A stretch of 17,465 bases of DNA, the filler included, from Coriobacteriales bacterium (GTDB lineage: Bacteria > Actinomycetota > Coriobacteriia > Coriobacteriales > UBA8131): the NCBI GenBank assembly GCA_031263105.1. It is 2 parts of 2 records of this genome, joined end to end, with 100 filler letters (N's around TTAATTAATTAA, not from the genome) between each part and the next. Parts side by side here need not be neighbours in the genome. Positions count along the whole stretch, not along the records: positions 1 to 9,449 come from JAISGJ010000017.1; 1 more part is not named here. One strand, 5' to 3'. The notes beneath the pieces were generated by a model that did not search any database, was not told the origin of the DNA, and saw nothing but the letters and a program-made list of their open reading frames with translations. Numbering within the stretch: the stretch's first letter is position 1; each line of letters begins with the position of its first letter. Below are positions 1 through 9,155 of this stretch, piece by piece. Made by a program: the position numbers and the translations under genes.

Positions 1-22
1 CAGCCTGCGCATGCGCAGGCTG
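1..22. repeat. Perfect 22-bp palindrome, may extend beyond the window start
   Basis: CAGCCTGCGCA|TGCGCAGGCTG is self-complementary. It is followed by TGACA, the same terminal motif as the REP-like elements. Confidence 0.8.
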
Positions 23-35
23 TGACAAAACAGTA

Positions 36-156
36 CCGTCCCCACTGTCACACCAAACCGTGCCGTCCCCACTGTCACACCCACTGTCACGGTCCCCTCT
101 GCCACAAACCGTGCCGTCCCCACTGTCACACCCACTGTCACGGTCCCCTCTGCCAC
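36..156. repeat. Tandem repeat (2 x 51 bp plus a partial unit) built from the CCCACTGTCA element-end motif
   Basis: 55-105 and 106-156 are identical. CCCACTGTCA occurs at 41, 68, 80, 119 and 131. Confidence 0.9.
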
Positions 157-165
157 GCATCGCTG

Positions 166-1170
166 CTACTCCCCTTCCCCGCCGGTTGGCGCGTCGGACG
201 GTGTCGCGTCCGCAGACGGCTCCGCACTTGTCCCGTCGTCCGCCCCGACCAGCGAAGCCATGACGAGCGTCCGCTTCGTGTAGTTCGTGGCCGTGCAGGT
301 GACGAAGCAGTAGAGCTTCTCGGGAACCTCGCCCGCCCCCATCTCATCAAGGACCGCGTAGCCGAGCAGCATCTCGACATAGGAGCGGTAGTCCTCCGGG
401 CCGGCGAAGTCGAAGCGCCTGATCTTGTCGTCCGCATCGCAGACCAGGACGGCATCGACCCTCAGCCGCAGGCGCTGCTCGGGCGTGGCGAGGAGGATGG
501 TGCGGTGCGCGTCGAAGAACTCCCTGCCTTGGTAGTTCTTCAGGCTTGCGAACATGGAGCCGTCGAGGAGGTTGTGGCCGTAGACGATGTTGTTCTCCCC
601 GTTGATGGTGGACGCGCTCTCGCTGTCGAGGAAGATAGCACCTGCGTCGCTCGGGGTGCGGTCGAACAGATGGGTGAGGTAGAAGTCGTTGTCCGCAGCC
701 TGGACGATGGGGTAGTTGATGACGGTCCCGGGAATCATGACCCAGCCGACGATGTCCGGGTTTATCGCCCTCAGCGCGTCCCAGTTGATGGTGATCGCAT
801 CGATGTCGGTCTCGGGGGCGACCACGTCGCCCAGCGTGCCGACGTCCGCCCCGGCCGCTGTCAGTGCGGCGCTGTTCACGCGGTTCGCATTTATGTACTT
901 GTAGAGCAGGAAGGAGACTATGACGAGGGCGACCACGATGAGGACGATGCCCAGCGCCAGGCCGAAGCGACGCCTCGGCCGCTGCATGCGCGCCTGGCGG
1001 GCATGGGAACGCTGGACGCGCGAGCGCCGGGAGCGCGACTGCCAGAAGTCGGCCTGGTGCGACGGTCCCGCGTGTGCGCCTGCCCCCGCATCGAGAAGGC
1101 GGTAGTCTCTCTCCTCGGCCCCCTCGTCATCGGTTTTTCCATGCTTTGGCGTGTACGTGGTCACGGGCAC
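166..1170 (-). CDS. srtB: Class B sortase (SrtB family)
   Basis: One TM segment after a basic stretch. Motifs INPDIVGWVMIPGTVINYPIVQAADNDFYL, GAIFLD, NNIVYGHNLLDGSMF (catalytic His), and FVTC followed by KR (catalytic Cys/Arg). Exact start uncertain. Confidence 0.9.
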   Translation of the reverse strand: MPVTTYTPKHGKTDDEGAEERDYRLLDAGAGAHAGPSHQADFWQSRSRRSRVQRSHARQARMQRPRRRFGLALGIVLIVVALVIVSFLLYKYINANRVNSAALTAAGADVGTLGDVVAPETDIDAITINWDALRAINPDIVGWVMIPGTVINYPIVQAADNDFYLTHLFDRTPSDAGAIFLDSESASTINGENNIVYGHNLLDGSMFASLKNYQGREFFDAHRTILLATPEQRLRLRVDAVLVCDADDKIRRFDFAGPEDYRSYVEMLLGYAVLDEMGAGEVPEKLYCFVTCTATNYTKRTLVMASLVGADDGTSAEPSADATPSDAPTGGEGE

Positions 1171-1187
1171 GTGGTCGAAGCCTGGCG

Positions 1188-1346
1188 CTACTTCTTCTTC
1201 AGCTCGTCAAAGAAACCCTTGGCGATGAAGCCCACCACCGCAAGCACCGCGATGACGATGAGCGCTATGACGACCACCCAGAACACCGTATCGGACACCT
1301 CGAACGTGAACAGCGTCCTGAACGCAGAAAACACTAGATACTCCAT
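1188..1346 (-). CDS. Small 52-aa single-pass membrane protein, missed by the ORF track
   Basis: MEYLVFSAFRTLFTFEVSDTVFWVVVIALIVIAVLAVVGFIAKGFFDELKKK*. AAGGAG RBS just before the ATG, GC-rich third positions, and a hydrophobic segment followed by a Lys tail. Confidence 0.8.
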   Translation of the reverse strand: MEYLVFSAFRTLFTFEVSDTVFWVVVIALIVIAVLAVVGFIAKGFFDELKKK

Positions 1347-1377
1347 GTCGCTCCTTCGGTCTCAATTGTACCGCCCA

Positions 1378-1386
1378 ATTCTAGCA
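1378..1386 (-). promoter_or_regulatory. Putative extended -10 promoter for the small ORF and srtB
   Basis: TG-C-TAGAAT on the minus strand about 30 nt upstream of the ATG at 1346. Confidence 0.5.
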
Positions 1387-1400
1387 CAAGGACGGTCCTC

Positions 1401-1635
1401 CGCTACAGCTCACACCCCACTGTCATTCCGAGCGCACTGTCATTCCGAGCCTGCCGAGGAATCTTCGGCCGCGCAAGCGGCCGACCGCAGGTCGAATAAC
1501 CCCTCGACCTACCGTTGGCCGCGTCGCGTCCAAGGATTCCTCGGCAGGCTCGGAATGACAGTGGGGTGTGGGCTGTGGCGGGGACAGTGGGGGTGTGGGC
1601 TGTGGCGGGGACAGTGGGGTGTGGGGTGTGGCGGG
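1401..1635. repeat. REP/REPIN-like palindromic element, copy 1, with terminal tandem tail
   Basis: Perfect 29-bp inverted repeat 1435-1463 / 1535-1563 (CACTGTCATTCCGAGCCTGCCGAGGAATC). Left end duplicated at 1418-1433. Three 26-27-bp units GACAGTGGGG(G)TGTGGG(C/G)TGTGGCGGG at 1557-1635. Confidence 0.9.
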
Positions 1636-1802
1636 CCCCCTAGTAGACCGTTCGGCAAATAACTGGCCATTCCGGACGGCCTGTTCTCTGCCATGCTGCG
1701 TTGGAGAAGCACGCCGTTACTGCAAGCAGTGCCGCACTTCTCCGCCTTGCCTGGCAAATAATATGCTCGCCCGTATTGACCTGTTTTTTGCCTAACGGTC
1801 TA

Positions 1803-3725
1803 CTAGTCCGCGAACTGGGAGTTGTAGAGGGCGGCGTAGGGGCCTTTCGCGGCGAGAAGCTGGGTGTGGCTGCCCTGCTCGACGATGTCGCCGCCCTCCA
1901 TGACGAGGATGAGGTCGGCGTCGCGGATCGTCGAGAGGCGATGGGCGATGACGAAGCTCGTGCGGCCGACCATGAGGTTGTCCATCGCCTTCTGGATGAG
2001 CAGCTCGGTACGGGTATCGACCGAGGAGGTCGCCTCGTCGAGTATGAGCACCTTGGGGTCGTGCAGCACGGCACGCGCTATCGTGAGCAGCTGCTTCTGG
2101 CCCTGCGAGACGTTGGAGGCCTCCTCGTTGAGCACCATGCCGTAGCCGTCCGGCAGCGTGGAGACGAAGTGGTCTGCCTGCGCGATGCGCGCTGCGGCCT
2201 GCACCTCCTCGTCCGTCGCATCGAGCCTCCCGTAGCGGATGTTGTCTGCGATGCTCGCGTTGTACAGCCAGGTGTCCTGCAGCACCATGCCGAACAGGGA
2301 GCGCAGGTCGTCGCGCCTGAAGCGGCGGATGTCCTCGCCGCCTACAAGGATTGCGCCCGCGTCCACGTCGTAGAAGCGCATGAGCAGCTTGACGACGGTC
2401 GTCTTGCCCGCACCGGTATGCCCCACGATGGCGATCTTCTGCCCCGGCTCGACCTTGGCCGAGAAGTCGCGGATGACGGGCTTGCCCTCCTCATAGCCGA
2501 AGCGCACGTGCTCGAAGCGCACCGCGCCGACCACCGATGCGGGGTCCACCGCCTCCTCGTCGGCGACGTCGGGCACGACCTCCTCCTCGGCAAGGAAGCC
2601 GAAGATGCGCTCGGCTGCGGCAAGGGTCTGCTGGATGACGTTGGATGCCTGCGAGACCTGGACGATGGGCTGCTGGAAGTTGCGCATGTACTGCATGAAC
2701 GCCTGGATGTCGCCGACGGTGACGCGCCCGTTGAGGGCGAGATAGCCTCCCACGACGCAGACGACGACGTAGCCGAGGTTCCCGATGATGTTCATAATGG
2801 GCATCATCATGCCCGAGAGGAAGTTCGCGCGCCAGGCGGCCCCGTACAGCAGGTCGTTGCCTTGGGAGAACTGCTCGAGCGCACGCGCCTCGCCGTTGAA
2901 GGCCCTCACGATCGTATGCGCCCCGAAATTCTCCTCGACCATGCCGTTGACCTCGCCGAGATGCTCCTGCTGTGCCGTGAAGTGCTTTTGCGAGCGCCCG
3001 ACGATGAGCGCGACGACCACCGCGCTCACAGGGAGGGTGACCACGGCGATGAGCGTCATGGACCAGCTGATGGAGAGCATCATGACGAGGATGCCGACAA
3101 GGCTCGTCACCGAGGTGACGATCTGCGTGAGGGACTGGTTGAGGCTTTGCTGGATGGCATCCACGTCGTTGGTGATGCGGCTCATCACGTCGCCGGTCGC
3201 CACCTTGTCGTAGTAGGAGAAGGGCAGGCGCATGATCTTCCCGTCGATGTCGCGCCGCAACGAGTAACACACGTTGTTCGCCACGCCGGCCATGACGAAG
3301 CCCTGCACGAACTGGAACAGGGCGCTTGCGAGGTACAGGCAGGCGAGCAGGAAGAGGATGCGCGCGATGGCGTCGAAGTCCGGCCCCGTCCCCGTGCCGG
3401 CGACCTGCGCCATGACCCCCTCGAAGAGCGTGGTGGTGGCCTCGCCGAGTATCTTGGGGCCGAGGATGGAGAAGACCGTCGAGGCTATGGCGAACACGAT
3501 GACGACGACGATCGCGACCTTATGGCGGCCGAGGTAGCCGAGCAGCTTGCCGAGGGCGCCCCGGAAGTCCTTGGGCTTCTCCCCCTGCATCATGTCGCGC
3601 CCGGGGCCGCCGAAGCCGCCGCCGCTGCGCCCGCGCCCGCGCCTGCGAGCGGCGGGGGCGGGTGCTCCTGGGGCGGCGGGGGCGGCGGGCGGGGCGGCGG
3701 CGGCGGGGCGAGTGTCGTCACTCAT
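1803..3725 (-). CDS. ABC exporter, fused permease/ATPase; subunit with the catalytic Glu/His (TM288/EfrB-like)
   Basis: Walker A GHTGAGKT, signature VSQGQKQ, ILDEATSSVD, IAHRLST. The ATG at 3725 has an AAGGAGG RBS and overlaps the upstream stop (ATGAGTGA). Confidence 0.93.
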   Translation of the reverse strand: MSDDTRPAAAAPPAAPAAPGAPAPAARRRGRGRSGGGFGGPGRDMMQGEKPKDFRGALGKLLGYLGRHKVAIVVVIVFAIASTVFSILGPKILGEATTTLFEGVMAQVAGTGTGPDFDAIARILFLLACLYLASALFQFVQGFVMAGVANNVCYSLRRDIDGKIMRLPFSYYDKVATGDVMSRITNDVDAIQQSLNQSLTQIVTSVTSLVGILVMMLSISWSMTLIAVVTLPVSAVVVALIVGRSQKHFTAQQEHLGEVNGMVEENFGAHTIVRAFNGEARALEQFSQGNDLLYGAAWRANFLSGMMMPIMNIIGNLGYVVVCVVGGYLALNGRVTVGDIQAFMQYMRNFQQPIVQVSQASNVIQQTLAAAERIFGFLAEEEVVPDVADEEAVDPASVVGAVRFEHVRFGYEEGKPVIRDFSAKVEPGQKIAIVGHTGAGKTTVVKLLMRFYDVDAGAILVGGEDIRRFRRDDLRSLFGMVLQDTWLYNASIADNIRYGRLDATDEEVQAAARIAQADHFVSTLPDGYGMVLNEEASNVSQGQKQLLTIARAVLHDPKVLILDEATSSVDTRTELLIQKAMDNLMVGRTSFVIAHRLSTIRDADLILVMEGGDIVEQGSHTQLLAAKGPYAALYNSQFAD

Positions 3726-6066
3726 GCGGCCCACCTCCTTCCGCACCCGCAAGCTCGTGCTCCGAGAGCTGCGAGGAGGCGATCTCGCGATAGGCGTCGC
3801 AGGAGGCCAAAAGCTCGGCGTGGGTGCCCGAGCCCACGATGCGGCCCTCGTCGATGACGAATATCCGGTCGGCGTCCATGATGGTGCTCACCCGCTGCGC
3901 GACGATGACGAGCGTGGCCTCGGAGGTGGAGGAGGCGAGCGCTTGGCGCAGGGCCTTGTCGGTCGTGAAGTCGAGGGCAGAGAAGCTGTCGTCGAACAGG
4001 TAGACGTCCGGGCGGACGGCGAGCGCGCGTGCGATGGCCAGGCGCTGCCGCTGGCCTCCCGAGACGTTCGAGCCGCCTTGGGCGACCGGCGCGTCGAAAC
4101 GGCCCTCGGTCTCATCCACAAACTCGAGGGCCTGTGCGACCTCGGCGACCTTCTCCTGCTCCTCTGAGGACAGACCCTCCGTCCCATAGGCCATGTTGCT
4201 CGCGATGGTGCCGGCCATCAGCACGCTCTTCTGCGGCACATAGCCTATCGAGGCGCGCAGCTCCGCCTGCGCAAGCTCGCGCACGTCGGTGCCGCCGACC
4301 AGCACGGCACCGGCCGTCACGTCGTAGAAGCGCTCGATGAGGTTGATGACGGTCGACTTGCCGGAGCCGGTCGGGCCGATGAGGGCCGTCGTCTGCCCGG
4401 GTTCCGCGACGAAGCTGATGTCGTTCAGCGCGTTGTGCTGTGCCCCCTCGTAGCAAAAGTCCACGCTGCGAAACTCGATGCGCCCGCGTTGGACGGGGTC
4501 GATGTGCCGGGGCCTCGGCGGATCGACGATCGAAGGTGAGGCCTCGAGCACCTCGTTGAGGCGGTTCGCGCTCACCGAGGCACGCGGTATGAACACGAAC
4601 AGCATCGCGATGAACATGAAGCTCATGATGATCTGCATGACGTACTGCATGTAGGCCATCATGTCGCCGACCTGCATCTGCGAGGCCGCGACCTGCTGTG
4701 AGCCGACCCAGATGATGAGGATGGTCAGGGCGTTCATGAACAGCATCATAACCGGCATGAGGAGGGTCATCGCACGGTTGACGAACAGGTTGATGCGCGT
4801 GAGGTCGAGGTTCGCGCCTTCGAAGCGGCCCTGCTCGAAGCCGGAGCGCGAGAAGGCCCGAATGACCTCCAGGCCGTTGAGCGTCTCGCGCGCGACGAGG
4901 TTCAGACGGTCGACGAGGGTCTGCATGACCTTGAACTTGGGCATGACGACGGCGAACAGCACGAGCACGATGCCGACGAGCACGACGACGGCGACCCCGA
5001 TGATCCAACTCATCGAGACCGACTTGGAGAGCGCCATGGCCGTGCCGCCGATGCCCATGATCGGCGCGTAGCAGATCATGCGAATGCCCATGGTGAGCAG
5101 CGTCTGGATGACCGTGATGTCGTTGGTGGAGCGCGTGATGAGCGAGGCGGTGGAGAAGCGGTCGAACTCGGTGTGGGAAAATCCCGTGACCTTCTCGAAG
5201 ACCGCCGTGCGCAGGTCGCGGGCGACCCCTGCCCCTATGCGCGAGGAGAGGTAGCCGACGAGTATGGCCGCCACGCCGGAAAGCGCGGTGATCAGCAGCA
5301 TGACAAGCCCAATGCGCAGGATGTAGCCGAGTTCGAGGGACGCCATGTCGCGCCCCAGCTCGCGGTACAGCCCCGCGACGAGCATGGTGCCGCTCTGCTC
5401 CCGCAGGGCCTGGTCCGTGCCGAGCGCCTGCTCGCGGGCCTCGTCGTACCAGCTTTGGGGGAGAAGGTCGAGCAGCGGCTGAAGCCGATAGGCCTGCGCA
5501 AGGTCGAGGCTCTGAAGGTCGGGGGCGATGGCGGGGTCGGCGGCGCCCACATCGGAGGCGGAGGAGGCATCGGCGTCCTCCATGGCGGGCAAGGCGCCCT
5601 GCGGCAGCGTGCCGTCCTCCTGTGCTTCCTGAAGCCGTTGGAGGATGCCGACCATCGTCCAGGTCGCATCGCCGAAGGCGACGTCGAGCCCTTGCAGCGT
5701 CTCGTCGGCCACATCCGGGTCGAGCACGTAGATCTGCTCGTCGGCCGCCTTGGGCCAGGTCTCGCTGTAGGGTCTCCCGCCCTCATCCCCCTCGTCACCG
5801 GAGACCAGGCGGTAGCTCTGCTCGGCCAGCGTGCGCTGCCCGTCGTCCATGAAGGCCGTGACGAAGTCGTAGCCGCCCTGCGTGAGCGCCCGGGGCGTCG
5901 CGTCCTCCACGCCGCCCTGCTGGATGCCGACGTTGACTATCCTACTCATGAAGTTGGGAAGGTTAAGCTCGCAGACCGCCTGCACAAAGAGCAGCACGAC
6001 CGCAAGGACAAGCCCTGCAAGAAACGGCTTGAGGAAACGCCTGAGCTTCAGCACCCGCACCCACAC
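3718..6066 (-). CDS. ABC exporter, fused permease/ATPase; degenerate-site subunit (TM287/EfrA-like) with a large extracytoplasmic insertion
   Basis: Walker A GPTGSGKS, VSGGQRQR, degenerate FDDSFSALD and VAQR (no catalytic E/H). Start is one of the GTGs at 6054, 6060 or 6066. Confidence 0.92.
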   Translation of the reverse strand: MWVRVLKLRRFLKPFLAGLVLAVVLLFVQAVCELNLPNFMSRIVNVGIQQGGVEDATPRALTQGGYDFVTAFMDDGQRTLAEQSYRLVSGDEGDEGGRPYSETWPKAADEQIYVLDPDVADETLQGLDVAFGDATWTMVGILQRLQEAQEDGTLPQGALPAMEDADASSASDVGAADPAIAPDLQSLDLAQAYRLQPLLDLLPQSWYDEAREQALGTDQALREQSGTMLVAGLYRELGRDMASLELGYILRIGLVMLLITALSGVAAILVGYLSSRIGAGVARDLRTAVFEKVTGFSHTEFDRFSTASLITRSTNDITVIQTLLTMGIRMICYAPIMGIGGTAMALSKSVSMSWIIGVAVVVLVGIVLVLFAVVMPKFKVMQTLVDRLNLVARETLNGLEVIRAFSRSGFEQGRFEGANLDLTRINLFVNRAMTLLMPVMMLFMNALTILIIWVGSQQVAASQMQVGDMMAYMQYVMQIIMSFMFIAMLFVFIPRASVSANRLNEVLEASPSIVDPPRPRHIDPVQRGRIEFRSVDFCYEGAQHNALNDISFVAEPGQTTALIGPTGSGKSTVINLIERFYDVTAGAVLVGGTDVRELAQAELRASIGYVPQKSVLMAGTIASNMAYGTEGLSSEEQEKVAEVAQALEFVDETEGRFDAPVAQGGSNVSGGQRQRLAIARALAVRPDVYLFDDSFSALDFTTDKALRQALASSTSEATLVIVAQRVSTIMDADRIFVIDEGRIVGSGTHAELLASCDAYREIASSQLSEHELAGAEGGGPHE

Positions 6067-6198
6067 CCTTCATCGTCGTCACCCACTGCCGCCTTCCCAT
6101 GCGGAAGAGCATCGAACTAACGTAGCCCCTCACGATTCAGGAGTCAACGCACGTCATAGGACGGTAAACAAGACGGCATGTGACAGGGGACGCTACAA

Positions 6199-6948
6199 TC
6201 AACCGAGGCATCCTATCGGCACGACGTTGATCCCGTCGCTGCGGGTGTGGCAAAGGCCGCTTGACACTATGACGTTCATGGACTTCAACGTGCGTCTCGA
6301 CTTGTCGGTCAGCTTCTGCTCGAACCTCCTGAGCGACTCTGCCGCACTTTCCTGCATCGCAAAGCCCAATTTTACTTCTATGGCAATAAAGTCTCCGTTG
6401 CGTTTTTCTACCAGTATGTCCACTTCATCGCCATAGGAATCCCGATAATACCCTACGGTCATATCGAGCAGATTGGCCAGTACCCTGATCTCATGAACCA
6501 CCAACGCCTCGAACAGAGAAACAAAGTATTCCATATCGTCAATCAGTGCCGAATCAGACACACCAAGAGCTGCCGCAGCCAGCGAAGGGTCGCAGAGATG
6601 CCGCCTAGGAGACTTTCTCAAGCGGGCACTTGATCGGATATGGGTATTCCAAGCCGGTAGATCATTGACAATCATATGACGCATCAGTAAGTCACGATAT
6701 TCTGAAACAGTCCCTCTGTCCAAGCCCGAGTCGGCCGCCAGTGCCTCAAGAGCGGCTCCTGTCGAAATGTTCCTGGAATACGAAGCCAGCAGGCGCCGAA
6801 GTCCAATGGGATCGCGTTTGACCTTGGAGTTCTTGTTCAGGTCTCTTTCTGCCAGCAGGTTGAGGTAGCTTTGGTTTCTGACCGCGGCTGCCTCGGTGCT
6901 TCTTCCGATATTCTCCGGCCATCCCCCTGTTACCAGTATCACTGTCAT
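6199..6948 (-). pseudogene. 5'-truncated AAA_14/DUF4143-family ATP-binding protein; only the C-terminal part remains
   Basis: Family-like sequence begins at VTGGWP, followed by RKSPRRHLCDPSLA, LFEALV, YYRD..EVDILVE..IAIEVK. There is no Walker A or B. Visibly more AT-rich than its neighbours. The ORF-track N-terminus (6949-7131) is read-through of the repeat element and its flank. Confidence 0.75.
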
Positions 6949-7086
6949 CCCGAGCCTGCCGAGGGATCCTCGGCCGCGCCAGCGGTCGACCGCAGGCCGA
7001 AGGGCCCCTTGGCCTGCCGTTGGACACTGCGTGTCCAAGGATTCCTCGGCGGGGCTCGGAATGACAGTGGGGGTGTGACCAGTAAC
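6940..7086. repeat. REP/REPIN-like palindromic element, copy 2
   Basis: CACTGTCATCCCGAGCCTGCCGAGGGATCC ... GGATTCCTCGGCGGGGCTCGGAATGACAGTG, with the same internal core as copies 1, 4 and 5. Right extension GGGGTGTGACCAGTAAC; the left extension is missing. Confidence 0.9.
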
Positions 7087-7299
7087 CCGTGCAGAAGGCC
7101 GCTGCGCCAACCAACACCCGATAGGTTCCACCCGTGCAGCGGGTCACATCCGCATTGCAACCGCATGCTCAAACCCAGTGACGGACGTGTCCAGCGCATG
7201 GGGCTGCGCAAATCACGCCTCGGTGGGAGCGCTGGTTCTGACAAGCTGGAGCAAACTGTGCCCCCTGTGGCTTCTGTGCCCCTGTCGTCTCCCCGTCCC

Positions 7300-8889
7300 C
7301 TATACGTCCAGCTCCATGTAGTGGTCGAACTCGGTGGTGACTGCTTGGGGCGGGGGCGGGGTGAGGAGGCTCACGACGACCATGACGGCAAAGCCGACGA
7401 TAAAGGCGGGGAGCAGCTCGTAGATGCCCCAGATCCCGCCGAAGGGCTTGACGAGCTCGTGCCAGACGAAGACCATCACGCCGCCGCTCACCATGCCGGC
7501 GAGCGCACCGGCGAAGTTCACGCGGCGCCAGAACAGGGAGAGCAGCACCAGCGGGCCGAAGGTCGCGCCGAAGCCCGCCCAGGCATAGCTGACCACACGG
7601 AAGATGGAGGAGTTCTCGTCGGCGGCGACGATGATGCCGAAGATGAGAATGAGGGTCATCGTGACGCGGCTCACCCACATGACCTGCCTGTCGGTCGCGT
7701 CCTTCTTGAACAGCCCCTTGAACAGGTTCTGGGCAATGGCGGACGCCGCGATGAGCATATAGGAGTCCGCCGAGCTCATGGTGGCGGCGAAGATGCCCGA
7801 GAGCATGATGCCCGCCAAGAAGGCCGGCAGCAGAGCGGTGGCAAGCACGATGAAGACGCTCTCCGCCGCCCCCGAGGTAAGCAGCTCGGCGGGCATGTAG
7901 GCGCGGCCTATCAGGCCGATGCCGACCGCCGCCGCCATCGCGATGACGCACCAGACGGTGGCGATGCGACGGGAGGTCTTGATCTCCTTCGAGCTGCGGA
8001 TGGCCATGAAGCGCAGCAGCACCTGCGGCATGCCGAAGTACCCGAGGCCCCATGCCAAGGTGGAGAGGATGACGATGAAGCCGTAGGGGCCGGGCTCGTC
8101 CCACAGCGGCATGCCCGCAGCGTCGAGCTGCTGGACCTTGAGGACGGAGCCGTCCGCCTGTATCGCCTCTTGCACCAGAGGGGTGGCCGACTCGGTGAGC
8201 GAGCCGAAGCCTGGCACGGCCTGCATGAAGGAGATGACGTTCTCGAGCCCTGCCACCGCGACGATGGAGCCGACGAGCACGACGACAAGCGCGACGACCA
8301 TGATGATGCCTTGGACGAAGTCGCTGACGCTCTCCGCAAGGAAGCCGCCGATGAGCGTGTAGGCGAACACGATCACTGCGCCGACTATCATCATGATGAA
8401 GTAGGGCCAGCCGAAGAGCGTGTTGAGCAGCTTGCCCGTGGTCACGAAGCAGCTGCCCACGTAGATGGCGAAGAACACGAGGATGAACAGGGCCGCCACG
8501 CTCATGAGGATGCGCTTGGTGTCGTGGAAGCGGTTGGAGAAGAAATCCGGCAGCGTGATGGCGTTGCCCGCAGCCTGGGAGTACTTGCGCAGGCGCTTGG
8601 CGACAATGAGCCAGTTGAGATAGGTGCCGCAGGCAAGGCCGATGGCCGTCCAGACCGCCTCGCTCGCACCGGTGAAATACGCCACGCCCGGCAGGCCCAT
8701 GAGCAGCCATCCGCTCATGTCGGAGGCCTCGGCGCTCATCGCTGCGACCCAGGGGCCGAGCTTGCGTCCGCCGAGGTAGAACTCCTCGGTCGAGGACTGG
8801 GAGCGCCTGGCATAGAAGAAGCCGATGCCGAGGATGACCGCGATGTAGATGATCATCGCAAGGAGGATAAGGATGTCGCTTGTACTCAT
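7300..8889 (-). CDS. putP: Sodium/proline symporter (SSS family)
   Basis: YLGGRKLGPWVAAMSAEASDMSGWLLMGLPG, AWGLGYFGMPQVLLRFMAI, AATMSSADS, VSYAWAGFGATFGP, YELLPAF. GGGAG RBS. Confidence 0.95.
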   Translation of the reverse strand: MSTSDILILLAMIIYIAVILGIGFFYARRSQSSTEEFYLGGRKLGPWVAAMSAEASDMSGWLLMGLPGVAYFTGASEAVWTAIGLACGTYLNWLIVAKRLRKYSQAAGNAITLPDFFSNRFHDTKRILMSVAALFILVFFAIYVGSCFVTTGKLLNTLFGWPYFIMMIVGAVIVFAYTLIGGFLAESVSDFVQGIIMVVALVVVLVGSIVAVAGLENVISFMQAVPGFGSLTESATPLVQEAIQADGSVLKVQQLDAAGMPLWDEPGPYGFIVILSTLAWGLGYFGMPQVLLRFMAIRSSKEIKTSRRIATVWCVIAMAAAVGIGLIGRAYMPAELLTSGAAESVFIVLATALLPAFLAGIMLSGIFAATMSSADSYMLIAASAIAQNLFKGLFKKDATDRQVMWVSRVTMTLILIFGIIVAADENSSIFRVVSYAWAGFGATFGPLVLLSLFWRRVNFAGALAGMVSGGVMVFVWHELVKPFGGIWGIYELLPAFIVGFAVMVVVSLLTPPPPQAVTTEFDHYMELDV

Positions 8890-9155
8890 GGCTGTCTCCC
8901 CGTGAACGGTGGGCCTCTGCGTCGCCGGCCGCCGCGCCTACGGCTGCGGCTGCGTCGCCGGTTGCGCCCGCTGCCGCCACTGGCATCCGCTGCCGCGTCT
9001 GCGGCCGTGGCATTGCTGGCATCGTGTGCGTGCCGACGATGCTGAACTTAACAATTAAGGACAAGGGCAGGGAAAGGGGCATCGTCGGCGCACCGATGCA
9101 TTATACGTCAAATTAGGCTACCATGAGAACAGGACAGGCGATTCAAGCGATAAGA

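Noticed and set aside
1654..1761. GGCAAATAA direct repeat (1654 and 1753) in the intergenic region
   Set aside because: Only 9 bp, with no inverted ends or ORF between the copies; insufficient support.
6932..7084. ACCAGTA on both sides of copy 2 as a target-site duplication
   Set aside because: The right-hand copy is part of the element's conserved outer extension (GTGTGACC.GTAAC, also in copies 3 and 4), so the match is likely coincidental.
6949..7131. N-terminal 61 aa of the 310-aa ORF as real coding sequence
   Set aside because: It is read-through of the palindromic element and its flank, with no ATPase motifs.
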